DNA of 64,000 nt from Octopus bimaculoides (taxonomy: Eukaryota): NCBI RefSeq assembly GCF_001194135.2, contig NC_068981.1:77991850-78055849 (forward strand), read 5' to 3'. The position numbers were made by a program, and so were the translations under genes. Shown in pieces: positions 11,542-22,960 of the stretch. Each line of letters starts with the position of its first letter. The first letter of the stretch is position 1. Under the pieces are notes generated by a model, which worked only from the letters and a program-made list of their open reading frames with translations, searched no databases and was not told the origin of the DNA.

Positions 11542-11756
11542 GTACATGTATGTACATATATTCATCCTTACATACATACATACATACATACATACGTATG
11601 TATGTACGTATGTGTGTGTGTGTATGCATGCATAGCACAGCGTAAGTCAGAAGTGAAATAAATTCATATACTATAAAGCCTCTCTGTGGATTAAGTAAGG
11701 ATATAAGCACAGTCTTTCTATACTATTGATATGCGAGAAAAGGGGGCGAGAGTTTA

Positions 11757-11798
11757 CTGTCTGGCCGTTTCATGGTTTGTTGACCGCTCTTCAGATAA
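11757..11798 (-). ncRNA. Degenerate hammerhead-like motif
   Basis: - strand ttat CUGAAGA gcggt-caaca-aaccat GAAAC ggcc; helix II partly decayed; cleavage triplet lost. Confidence 0.4.
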
Positions 11799-11882
11799 GC
11801 CATACAAGCTTCCTTCTCCAATCAATAGCATAAATCAACTTCTAAACCAATCGTGAATTATGCTACCACACAGGTGAATGCC

Positions 11883-11927
<45 letters not shown>

Positions 11928-12771
11928 TATATCATATATATAGAGAGAGTGAGTAAGCAGACACCCATGAACCTCATGAGTTGCATCTTAGTCGAGGTAT
12001 TTATTCAGTGAGAGTGCTCTACAACTAATTAGAAATTCATTGGGACTACGATCAACGTTTGTGTCAACCCCAAAAGAAAAAAACCTGAAAGAGAATATAC
12101 TCATCTTAAGAAATGTGCGCGTGCATGTGTGTGTCTGTATGCGTGCGTGTGTGCGTGATAACACGTAATTTGAATATGTTGAGAAACTTAGTATATAGTT
12201 ATATCTCCTGATATAATAACGACAGTAGTGTTGTTATATATATATATATATATATGTATGTATATATTTGTACAAAATCACAGAGTAGGAATAGGACGGA
12301 GTAGAAGAAAGAGTAGTATAAATGAAGAGAAAATATTAATTCAGTAAAGGAGAAGTAGTGAGAGTAATAGTCCTGACTGAGAGAGAGTGAGAAAAAGTAA
12401 TTGCAATGGAGAAAGGAAGGGGTGAAAAAAAATCAGCGTTTCAACGCTGTGTGAGTATATATGTGTGTATGTATAAGAGAGGTATGTGAATGTGTGTGAG
12501 TAATGGAAATGGGATGGTGAACGTTCAATGCTGAAAAGTAAAATCAAACAGCATTTCAACTCTGAGTATATGTGTGTAGGTAGAAGGGAAGTATGTAAAT
12601 GTTTGTATCTGTGATTATTATATAGCTTATTTTATACATTATTTGTGTATAAAATACTACAAGTAGCCGTCATTTTTGACGGCACAGGGTCAGCTAGTTA
12701 TTTAATATTCTATTCGAAGCAAATATATAAAATTAGGTCGAGTTTACCATTCACTTAATAATTTCTACACG

Positions 12772-12805
<34 letters not shown>

Positions 12806-14033
12806 NNNNNNNNNNNNNNNNNNNNNNNNNNNNNNNNNNNNNNNNNNNNNNNNNNNNNNNNNNNNNNNNNNNNNNNNNNNNNNNNNNNNNNNNNNNNNNN
12901 NNNNNNNNNNNNNNNNNNNNNNNNNNNNNNNNNNNNNNNNNNNNNNNNNNNNNNNNNNNNNNNNNNNNNNNNNNNNNNNNNNNNNNNNNNNNNNNNNNNN
13001 NNNNNNNNNNNNNNNNNNNNNNNNNNNNNNNNNNNNNNNNNNNNNNNNNNNNNNNNNNNNNNNNNNNNNNNNNNNNNNNNNNNNNNNNNNNNNNNNTATA
13101 ATAAATATATAAAAATAATAATAACGATATAATTATAATAAAGAAACCGGATGTACATGTTGACTCTAGTTAAGACTTCAAAGTGGCACCATTAACGATT
13201 TCGTTCTAATTAATGCCAAACAAAGAAATAGAAGTATAAAAATAATTTTCAAAAAAAAAAAACAACAAAAAAAAGATATAGTAAACGCGAGAGACAGTAT
13301 TGGTTAAACTAAATTGTTATTTAAAATTCAAAGTTCGTGACTTAGATCTTCGATCTCTCATTCGAAAAGATTTTTATCTCCTTTTATTATCATATCATCG
13401 TTACAATAATAACAATAATGATGATGATGATAATAAAAGATACTTTATTATTGTTGCTGTTCCTGTGTACTGTTGTTAATTTTTGTTTTACTAGTGAAAA
13501 AGCCACTTATTTAGTAAATTTGTGCACAACCTTTGTGTCTGCCATAACTAATAAACGGCATTGTGTTAAAGCTGGCTTCTGTTTCTTCATTACGAATGTT
13601 CAAGGGATGGATAGTCACTAAATTTTGCTTATTCGGCGACATCCTTTTGACAGACAGCATGTGATGACTGTCATGTTTTTGGTTGTTGTTTCTTTAAAGC
13701 TAATAAGCTAATATATGATATTAAATTCACTACGCACGCCGGATATTTAAGTTAAAACTAATAAATAAAACGAATAAATAGAATATGTACAGTGAGACTG
13801 AGGAATAATCATTAGAACTGGCTGTGTAGACATGATGTTATCAGAAATATAAACAAAAGGTGTTTATGAATTGTGGTATTTAGGCTATGAACAAAGGTAT
13901 ACACACATACACTCACAGAGAAAGAGAGAGAGAGAGAGAAATTTGTGGAAGACATTGACAAAATCAAAATACTCTGCAACATGTCTCTTGCAACTCATTG
14001 CACATCAATATATGCATATACTTCCCTTTCATG

Positions 14034-14083
<50 letters not shown>

Positions 14084-15729
14084 NNNNNNNNNNNNNNNNN
14101 NNNNNNNNNNNNNNNNNNNNNNNNNNNNNNNNNNNNNNNNNNNNNNNNNNNNNNNNNNNNNNNNNNNNNNNNNNNNNNNNNNNNNNNNNNNNNNNNNNNN
14201 NNNNNNNNNNNNNNNNNNNNNNNNNNNNNNNNNNNNNNNNNNNNNNNNNNNNNNNNNNNNNNNNNNNNNNNNNNNNNNNNNNNNNNNNNNNNNNNNNNNN
14301 NNNNNNNNNNNNNNNNNNNNNNNNNNNNNNNNNNNNNNNNNNNNNNNNNNNNNNNNNNNNNNNNNNNNNNATATATAGATTTACTTTTCATAATGAGACA
14401 CAAAACCAAAGCTGTGTAGATTTTAGAACATTTATAAACTATTTATAAATGCTTTAAAATCTACACACCCTTGGTTTTTTTATCGCATTACGAAAAGTAA
14501 ATCTTTATATACACATACTGATATATGACCTACGCTGGACCCCTTATTCACATAATCACCGAACCTGGAGCTTAACTATGGTCTATCCATAGCACTTAGC
14601 ATTACCTGACACCTTTGGGTCTCATTGACACCAGTACCGCTCATAACCCCTCCTCTCTCTCTCTCTCATATATATATGTATATAACACCAGCAAACTCAA
14701 AATAAAGCAGTGTATTTTGTATTTTATATATATATATATAGTGTTGTGAGTATGCATTTATGTATCTGTGTGTATCTATCATATATACACACACGCACAC
14801 ATACATAGGTTTATAATATATGTACTACATACACATTTGTGTCTTCCCATTCAAAGTGTTGCTCTTGAAGGTGCTTCCATAGTTTGAATGTTTGTAGGAA
14901 AATACGTATGAAGAATGATTTATGATATAATTTATAACTTCTACATTAGATACCGTGAGTTTGATTACTTAATTAACTTAATTATGCTTTATATCGATTA
15001 ATTATGTTTTCAATTTAACAGAAGCTTCTTTTCTTTTCTTTTTGTTATTTTAGTGTTTTTGAAATTCAACTAGATATGCTTTATTATAAAGAAAGCTGAA
15101 ACTGTAATATGTGATTTTTGGCCTATCAGAATTTTCAATTACTTGTTTTAAGCACTGTAAAACACACACACATATAACTTTTAGATCATAGACATTAAAC
15201 TTCAAATTCAAAAGTAAGGAAGCAATGCGAAGTTGTGACGCTCATTATTGCCTTTGGAGGAAAAAAAAAAACAGAACCAATATTTAAATTTGAAAAATTT
15301 ATGTGATAATATTCCATTTTGATTCAAGTGATGAATTAAACACGCACTAATGTTCTGCTGATAGCCAGATTAAACATTTTACGGTAGCTGTACACAGATT
15401 TTTCAACTCGAAATTTTACAAAAGTCGATAAAAAATGTTAAAAGACAAAAAGAAAAACGGAACAAAAACCGCTAATCTATACTAAAATCGAATTCAATCG
15501 ACTCTAGTAACACCCCGTGTTGCAAAAATCAGGTGCTGATGTCCAAAAGGAAAAATCTTTAATTTCGCCNNNNNNNNNNTGCAAAAATCAGGTGCTGATG
15601 TCCAAAAGGAAAAATCTTTAATTTCGCCAGTTTATTTTAATTAATGAGGTGGGTTGGAAGAATAGTTAGAGAGGTCTGGCAAAATAACCCGTGCTTTTTT
15701 TTCTTTTCTTTTTTTTTTTTTAAGTTAGT

Positions 15730-16176
15730 ATTCACGAATGCTCTTTGCGTTTTCATTTTGAGAGCTGTTAAATACTGGGGGTCAATTTATATTTTTATGA
15801 TACATCATAGATTTTAACGTAATCATAGACTACGTAGGTAAATTTATTTAAAGACTGGAATATGGTACATGGATGTGTTCGTTGAAATTTTGTTGGGTTT
15901 CCGAATGCATTCGAAGCTAGCAAGACCCCTTATTTTACTTAGTCACAAGTCATTTGAGCAGGACCTCCAAGACTGCCTCCGATATGGCAGCAGGAGGAAG
16001 AGAAACCACAAATCACGGGTTGTTGCAAATGGAAGCAGCAGTATATCTATGAAGATGATTATCATTTTACGATAAAACCATCTTAATTGTAGACTTATTT
16101 ATGTAAGAAACTGATGATTTTTATTCCTTTTAATCCAAGTCCATACGAATATTATTTTAACTCCCCTCTGGGTACG
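15730..16176 (+). promoter_or_regulatory. Candidate TSS / 5' exon region ending in strong donor ACG|GTAAGT
   Basis: Unique CpG-containing sequence; consensus donor at 16177; at the CpG-depletion boundary; start coordinate is a guess. Confidence 0.35.
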
Positions 16177-16226
16177 GTAAGTATCATAGGTGTTGTAGCA
16201 CTGGGGTCTAGGAAGCCCATGGGCTC

Positions 16227-16305
16227 ATGAATAATATGATACGTCAATATTTCGATGCGACTGGAGATCCACATCTTCAACGTCTAGACTTCTTAATAGC
16301 TAATG
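16227..16305 (+). CDS. Candidate first coding exon MNNMIRQYFDATGDPHLQRLDFLIAN(G|), product unknown
   Basis: ATG after an in-frame stop; phase-1 donor ATG|GTAATT at 16306 followed by CT-rich intron-like sequence; no recognised homology. Confidence 0.3.
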
Positions 16306-17347
16306 GTAATTCTGCCCACACTCCTGTCTTTTTATCTTCCTGCCCCTCTGTCTTTCTCTCATATATTCTCTCTCTTCTTTTCTGTATCAATTTCCCAGTC
16401 TTTCTTTTCCTCTCTTTTTCTTTCTTTTTCTCTTTCTTTCTCACACTCTCTCTCTCTCTCCTGATATTTTCGATAACTCTTGTCTATTTTTCATCACTTT
16501 AAACCACACTTATTTGTGTCTAGCTCCTTCTATGTTCCTGGCTTATTCACTCTCATATTCTTCCTTTGCATTTCTGTCTCTATCTCCTCCTTCTCCTCCT
16601 CCTCCTTTTTCTTCTACTTGCATCTGTTTTTCTCTTTATCTTGTCTGTCTGTTCTCTCTCTCTCTCCCTCTCTCTCTTTCTCTTTTCTCTCTTCTTTTTC
16701 TCATCCAAGCTTCAATAACTTCTATAATATCACATCATAAACATTATATGCCAAAGGAAACATCATATGCCAAAATAAAAAAAGAAAAAAAGACTCCCAC
16801 CAAAAAAAAAAAAAAGCCTATAAAGAAAATAAAGACAAAAAAAAAACTACACAACAAAGACTTGCCAGAAAGGAACGAACAGAAGAAAAAACAACAAATT
16901 CAAAATATATAAGATACAGAATCTAAGTTAAGAGAGGTATAGAAAAGAAATTCCTACTGCAGCTGTATATATTATTTGGGATATTTCCTTGATGCTGATA
17001 CTGCTAGCTGTTGTTCACCATTTATTGAAGACTTTGTTATCAGACAGAGCAAATCATATTTTCACACATATTTACCCTAATTATTCAAGCAGCAACCCCT
17101 ACCATCCGCCCACCATTAACCCTGCCAACAGAAGGAGGGGGAGGGCAAATGAAAAAAAAATATATACACTATAAAGAATATAAACAAAAGATATAAAAAG
17201 TGTTGACATTTTCATGGAGAATAATTTATAGCATAAAATAAATGGTCCTAGATTCCTCTCTTTCTCTCACTGTGTCTATCTCAACTGTCAGCACTTCCAT
17301 ATAATCGGCAGTACCTTCATGTTTCCAGAAATGGATATGTAGGTTAT

Positions 17348-17387
<40 letters not shown>

Positions 17388-17492
17388 GGAAGATTAGATT
17401 CCATGATTTATCCTTAAACCTTCTAGTAATTAATCTAGAGCAGAACAAGGTTTAAGACAAATTATCTTTATCTCTTCTCATTTGTCCCTCCC

Positions 17493-17527
<35 letters not shown>

Positions 17528-17736
17528 TATTCTTCCTTAATATTATCTTTCACACATATGTAGTGTGTGTATATATATATATGTGTGTATGTGTGTGTGT
17601 ACATATACACACATGCTAACAAATGTACACACACACGTTTCCATTTACAAACAGGTATATGGAGGAAATATTCAATAGAGATGATTGGATTTATTCATCT
17701 ATAGTGAAGTTTTATCTATACTGAAAGTAGAGAAAT

Positions 17737-17960
17737 GGAGGTGCATGGCTTAGTGGTCAGGGCATTGGACTCATGATTATAGTATCGTAGTTTCAATTCT
17801 CGGACCAAGCAATGCATTTTGTTCTTGTGCATAGCACTTCATTTCATGTTGCTCAAGTCCACTCAGATGGAATCCCTCAATGGACCTGCATCCCATCTAG
17901 GGAAGAATATATATATACCAGTGTAACTGGGAAACTGGCTAATGCTCAGAGTAGCACTGA
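17737..17960 (+). mobile_element. SINE family B (CpG-decayed)
   Basis: ggaggtgcatggcttagtggtcagg...gtttcaattc. Confidence 0.8.
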
Positions 17961-18039
17961 AAGTAAGCCTTGACCGAGAATAAATATGTGGGTGTGGGTG
18001 GGTGGGTGCTTGTGCATGCATTACAGGTGCAGGCATGGT

Positions 18040-18200
18040 GTGCTTGAGAAGTTCATTTTGCATCACCACATATTCTCAGATTTGATTCCAATCCACTGCG
18101 GAGCAACTTGGATAAGTGCCTACTATATCCCTAGGTCAACAAATATCTTGTCAATTAATTTGGTAGATGAAAACAACTGGAAGACCGTTGCATGTGTATG
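18040..18200 (+). mobile_element. SINE family A, old degenerate copy
   Basis: catcaccacatattctcagatttgattccaatccactgcggagcaacttggataagtgcctac. Confidence 0.55.
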
Positions 18201-18232
18201 CATGCACACACACTCAGCTTTTATTAAAGCTG

Positions 18233-18500
18233 CAAAACTATCACTAAAACTGTTACTCAAAACTATCACAAAAACTATCACAAAAGCTATCACTGCAAAA
18301 CTATCACAAAGACTGTTACTCAGAGTTTCACATTCCCGTTCATTGGACAATTGTAATGAAAACTGTTTGATGGACAGGAACATGAAACTCTCAGTTACAG
18401 TTTTTGTGCTAATTTTTTCAACTTTAACAAAAGCATATTACTCTACCTTTGGTATTTGAGTACTATTTTTTTCACTTTGTTTTGCACCTATGTGCTCACC
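18233..18500 (+). mobile_element. Penelope-like terminal-repeat element with two inverted hammerhead motifs
   Basis: - strand HHR at 18312-18352 (CCAAUGA acg-ggaa-tgt GAAAC ucuga GUA) and + strand HHR at 18361-18402 (CpG-decayed); tail homologous to 26499-26610 and 50735-50830. Confidence 0.65.
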
Positions 18501-18502
18501 GA

Positions 18503-18554
<52 letters not shown>

Positions 18555-18555
<1 letters not shown>

Positions 18556-19140
18556 TGTGAGAGGTATCAAATTGTTGAATCAGGTGATGAAAGTCACAGA
18601 GAGGGTCATAGTCTAACTAATTAGGGAGAGAGTTAGTTTAGATGAGATGCAGTTTGGGTTTGTGCCAGGGAGATGCACCACTGATGCTGTATTTCTGGTG
18701 AGACAGCTGCAGGAGAAATTCTTAGCCAAAGATAAACTTCTCTGTACTTGGCTTTTGTTGACATGGAGAAAGCCTTTGACGGGTTCACCTGATCCCTTAT
18801 CTGGTGGTCAATGTGGAAATTAGGGGTAGATGAGTGGTTGGTGAGAGCTGTACAGGCCATGTACAGGGATGCTGTCTGTGAGGTGAGGGTTGGCAACAAG
18901 TACAGTGAAGAATTCTGGGTAGAAGTAGGGGTTCACCAAGGATCAATCCTCAGTCCCCTCTTATTCATCATAGTCATCCAGGCAATAACAGATGACCTTG
19001 CTCTAATAGCTGAGTCACTACCAGAACTAGAGAAGAAGTTTCAGGTGTGGAAGCAAGGTCTAGAATCAAAGAGCCTTTGAGTCAATCTAGCAAAAACCAA
19101 AGTCTTAGTAAGTAGGAAGGCAGACAAATTACAAATTCCT
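18555..19140 (+). mobile_element. RTE-clade LINE reverse-transcriptase fragment
   Basis: RGIKLL...MQFGFVPG..TTDAVFLVRQLQEK...AFVDMEKAFD...VGVHQGSILSPLLFIIV; deletion just before DDLALIAES; stops present. Confidence 0.92.
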
Positions 19141-19328
19141 TGTATTTGGGCTGATTTGTTTGGTTAAAATCCTTCAAAGTGATCCCCCAGCATGGCTGTA
19201 GTTCAATGACTGGCATAAGTAAATGATAAGAGATTTCTCAGTATCCTGAAGGCTGTATCAGTCCAAAGAATCTTCAGCCTAGAGGGAAACCATTGGTTAG
19301 TGTGAGACATAACTTTGGGTAGACTGAA

Positions 19329-19549
19329 CCCTTTAGTATTTAAACAGGCCATATCCAGCCAAAATGTTCTACCTGTTTTATGTCCAAATTAGCTAGATTC
19401 TGGCCTCTCACACCTACTCTCCAATGTTATTCTAAAAATAAGCAATCACATCATCATAATCTCAGAACAGCAAGGTAATGCATGATTAGTTCAAAACAAT
19501 GCGAATAAATAAATATTACATTTGATAGAGAAATCTGAATGCTAAAGAG
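19329..19549 (-). mobile_element. piggyBac-type MITE (degenerate copy of 57179-57398)
   Basis: ccctttagtattt...aatgctaaagag-ttaa. Confidence 0.75.
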
Positions 19550-21599
19550 TTAAATCTTGTGAGTGAAAGTTTGTTGATGGGAAGTATGCAGAAGTCCATT
19601 GTATGCACTATATTTGTGTTTAGTTGTAATCTCAGTCTGACATGTACAATGGTATGGGTTGGTGACAGGATGAGCATCCAGCCAGAAAATCCTGCTTCAG
19701 ATAGCTATCTGTCTAACCTCTGCTTGCATAGATAAATGGACATTAATTGAATAAATGAATGCATAATATTAATGGATTCTTTCATGGATTTTGATAAATG
19801 TGTGTTCCTGTAGTATGATCAACAGGAACTCTCTACACAACTATATCAACTTATAAACACTTCTATACACGCATACGCACACATGTATACAGGATATGTG
19901 GCAATTATCTTTCTACGCTACTCCTTTAAAGCACACAGCTACATACTCAGACAAATACATGCATTCATACACTAACATAGTGTTGTCCAAATTTCAGACA
20001 TCAACTCTTTACTCTAAGAGGAAAAATTGAAATTTTATGGAGCTTTCTACAAACAAAAGAAATAATAGCAAACTAACCTATGCCCTGTGATCCCTACCCA
20101 CATTATTCTAAAACACTTCTATCACTATCTTTTTAACCCTGTATCATCCTGAAGATTCCTGAGCCTAGAAGGAATCCACTGGTCCACTCTGTGAGGCATA
20201 GCACTTCCAATTACCACAATATATGCTTGTGTGTGTGCATGCACATGTGAGTATTCTAGTTTTTTGAATAAATACACTTACCTGAGTGTTTTAACAGGTG
20301 ACAAAAAAGACTGGCATGCAGGACATCCACCTATAAAACTGCCTCGAAATGTCTCATCTAACCTATGCTAGCATGGTGAAGTGAATGTAATAAGGTAGTA
20401 ATATTAATGCGTGTATATGTGTTTGTTTGTTTGTTCCATGTCTTATGAATATTCACAAATTGAATCTGAAGAATGTGAGATGCTCTTTTCTTGAGAACAC
20501 TGGGTTTTTCAGTTTAAATCCACTTTTATACAGCCTAAGTACCCAAAATGATGATGGCTATTAACCAGAATTACTTGACAGTAGAAAATAGTTTGTGGCT
20601 TTCCAAGTAGTTCATCATATGCATACTTCTCTTTCACTTTAGATGAAACAATCACATCTGTTGGGCAGCTGACCTTGGCTACAATAAAATGAATCTATTT
20701 TTTTGTCCTTGTATATAAACGTTTATCAGTGTGTGTGTGTGTGTGTGTGTGTGTGACTAATTTTCAAAGTGGTTTGTTTCATGTTGATATATTTTGTTGC
20801 TGTATAAATAACCCTCAGCATATTCTTATAGAGATTATGGTTTTGCAGATAGACTAAACTTTGATGAAATGAAAGCTCTCTAGCAAAGTGACAAGGTAGG
20901 CATGTTATGTCACTAGCCATTATCATTATCTTTTCCTCGGTCATCTAATGGAAAACAGTAATACAGCTTTGGATTTTAAAATGCTGGACTAATTCTACTA
21001 AGTTCTGGATTTACTCTCATGAAAAATATTCTGATCCCAAGTATTATATAAAGTAGAAGTAATTTCTATCACAAACTGAGTCTCTAACCTTGTTTTAGTT
21101 TGCCATTTGAGAAAGATATTGTCATGTTTGTTTCTCTTTTAATCAATATGTACAGTGTTAATTGCTGATCACTTAATTAATTTAGCTTGTCATTATTATT
21201 ATCAAACATTTTGAAACCAACCCACCTGATACTGCATTGGCTCTATGGTACAAACTTCTTACTTTATAAATTTCTAAATTAAATCTTTCAGCAAAATTTC
21301 ATGTTGATTGATCAGCACTTTATGCAGTTGTCCTCATCTGTATGCACTGCGTACCAGCACAGTCTTCTGTCATGCACATTACATCTGATTCTTCTTATGC
21401 TCAGTATTTCACTAGGCACATTTGTACTATGTTGTTCTTATGCATTTACATTGCACATCCAATGGATGTTCTTGCAGATTTTCAATCTGAGTTTAAACAG
21501 TATTAATTTCATCAAACAGAGGATCTGCAAAAATTGGTTGTAGTTATTGTTTGTCTTCTGACTAAGAAATAGCTGAAAAAAATCTTTTGTCATTCTTGT

Positions 21600-21983
21600 G
21601 TGATAAGAAACTTGCTTCCCAACCACATGGATCTGGGTTCAGTTCCACTGTGTGGCACTTTGGGCAAGTGTTTTCTACTATAGCCTGGGGCTGACCAAAG
21701 CCTTGTTAGAGGATTTAGTAGACGGGAACTAGAAGCCCGTCATGTATGTGTGTGTGTATATATATATATAATGTGTGTGTTTGTGTGTCTGTGTTTGTCC
21801 CCCATCATCGCTTGACAACCGATGCTGGTGTGTTTATGTGCCCTTAACTTAGCAGTTCCACAAAAGAGCCCAAAGCTTACAAAGAATAACTCTTGGGGTT
21901 GATTTCTTCAACTAACCCCCTTTAAGGTAGTGTTCCAGCATGGCCACAGTCAAATGACTGAAACAAGTAAAAGAATAAAAGAA
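21600..21983 (+). mobile_element. SINE family A, near full length
   Basis: aagaaacttgcttcccaaccacatgg...aaatgactgaaacaagtaaaagaataaaagaa. Confidence 0.9.
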
Positions 21984-22118
21984 TAGTCAGCATTGTCATT
22001 GCCCTGATTACTATCATCAGTTGCTCGTTTATTTCTATATTTTACATGTCTTGGGCAGTCTTTGAGCACCTGATTTTGTTACAACTTATTGTTTTACCTA
22101 TTTGCTTGTCTTTCACAG

Positions 22119-22142
22119 TCAACAGTAGCAGTGCAACTTGCT
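22119..22142 (+). other. Candidate 24-nt microexon
   Basis: tttgcttgtctttcacAG|tcaacagtagcagtgcaacttgct|GTGAGT; UGC just upstream of the 3' splice site. Confidence 0.25.
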
Positions 22143-22274
22143 GTGAGTCATTCAAATTGAATCATGTATCATAACTCTAGTGGCTGTAATAAGGTTAATT
22201 CCAGCCAATGATGGTAATGATGTCTGGATGTTTTGATGTCTTAATCATCATAACACCCTCATTAATATCATTTC

Positions 22275-22710
22275 AAAGGTCAGTGGATTGTAAAGTTACT
22301 AGTGTGTTAGATAAAGTACCTTGTGGTAGTTAGTTATCTCTTTATTTTCTGAGGTTAAACTCCCCTATGCTGACTTTGCCTTTCATTCTTCTTGGTCAGG
22401 GTCGATAAATTAAACACCAGTTAAGTGCTTGCATTGATATGATTTACTATAACCCTCCCCAAATATGTGGTCTTTATATCTATGTTAAAATTTTTTATAA
22501 ATATCATTTTAAAAGGTAATGGATGTCAAACTAGTAGTCAAATAAATTGCCTGCTGTATATAGTTACATCCCTTTATGTCCTGAGTTCAAATATCTAACA
22601 TTAACTTTGCCCTTTTCTCTTTAAGGGTCAAGTACTGGGGTCACTGATTACTTGCTTCTGTCCCCAAAATGGAAGGTTTAGTGCCTGTGCTGGAAAACAT
22701 TATTAACAGC
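22275..22710 (+). mobile_element. Two tandem, highly degenerate family C SINEs
   Basis: gactttgcctttcattc...gtcgataaattaaacaccag and ctgagttcaaat...aagtactggggtc. Confidence 0.6.
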
Positions 22711-22920
22711 CCTTTAGTTTATTTTATTTATTCATTGTTTTTTTTTTCTTTTCATGCTTTAAAAAGGTCTCCGCCATCACATATCTATTTCCATGGTAAC
22801 AATAAAAAGCTGTCAACTTATGTGTTGAAAAATGTGTAATTGGGGAGAATGCTTTTGTTTGGCTTTATAGCTGGATGCCCTTTCTAAAAACAACTATTAT
22901 ATATGGAAGAGAGAGATAGG

Positions 22921-22960
<40 letters not shown>

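Noticed and set aside
15521-15628. Exact 49-bp direct repeat flanking a 10-N gap
   Set aside because: Identical copies either side of a placeholder gap are the signature of an unmerged contig overlap, not biology
16254-16275. GDPH motif suggesting a vWD or RGM autocleavage site
   Set aside because: No signal peptide, cysteines or following TFDG-type motif; only 10 residues from the putative start
16320-16710. Long CT-rich tract (also GA-rich 24210-24500 and CT-rich 47640-47990) as triplex-forming elements
   Set aside because: Degenerate low-complexity sequence is common in this genome; no mirror symmetry identified
20148-20185. CUGAAGA followed by a hairpin (hammerhead?)
   Set aside because: No GAAA or helix III after the hairpin
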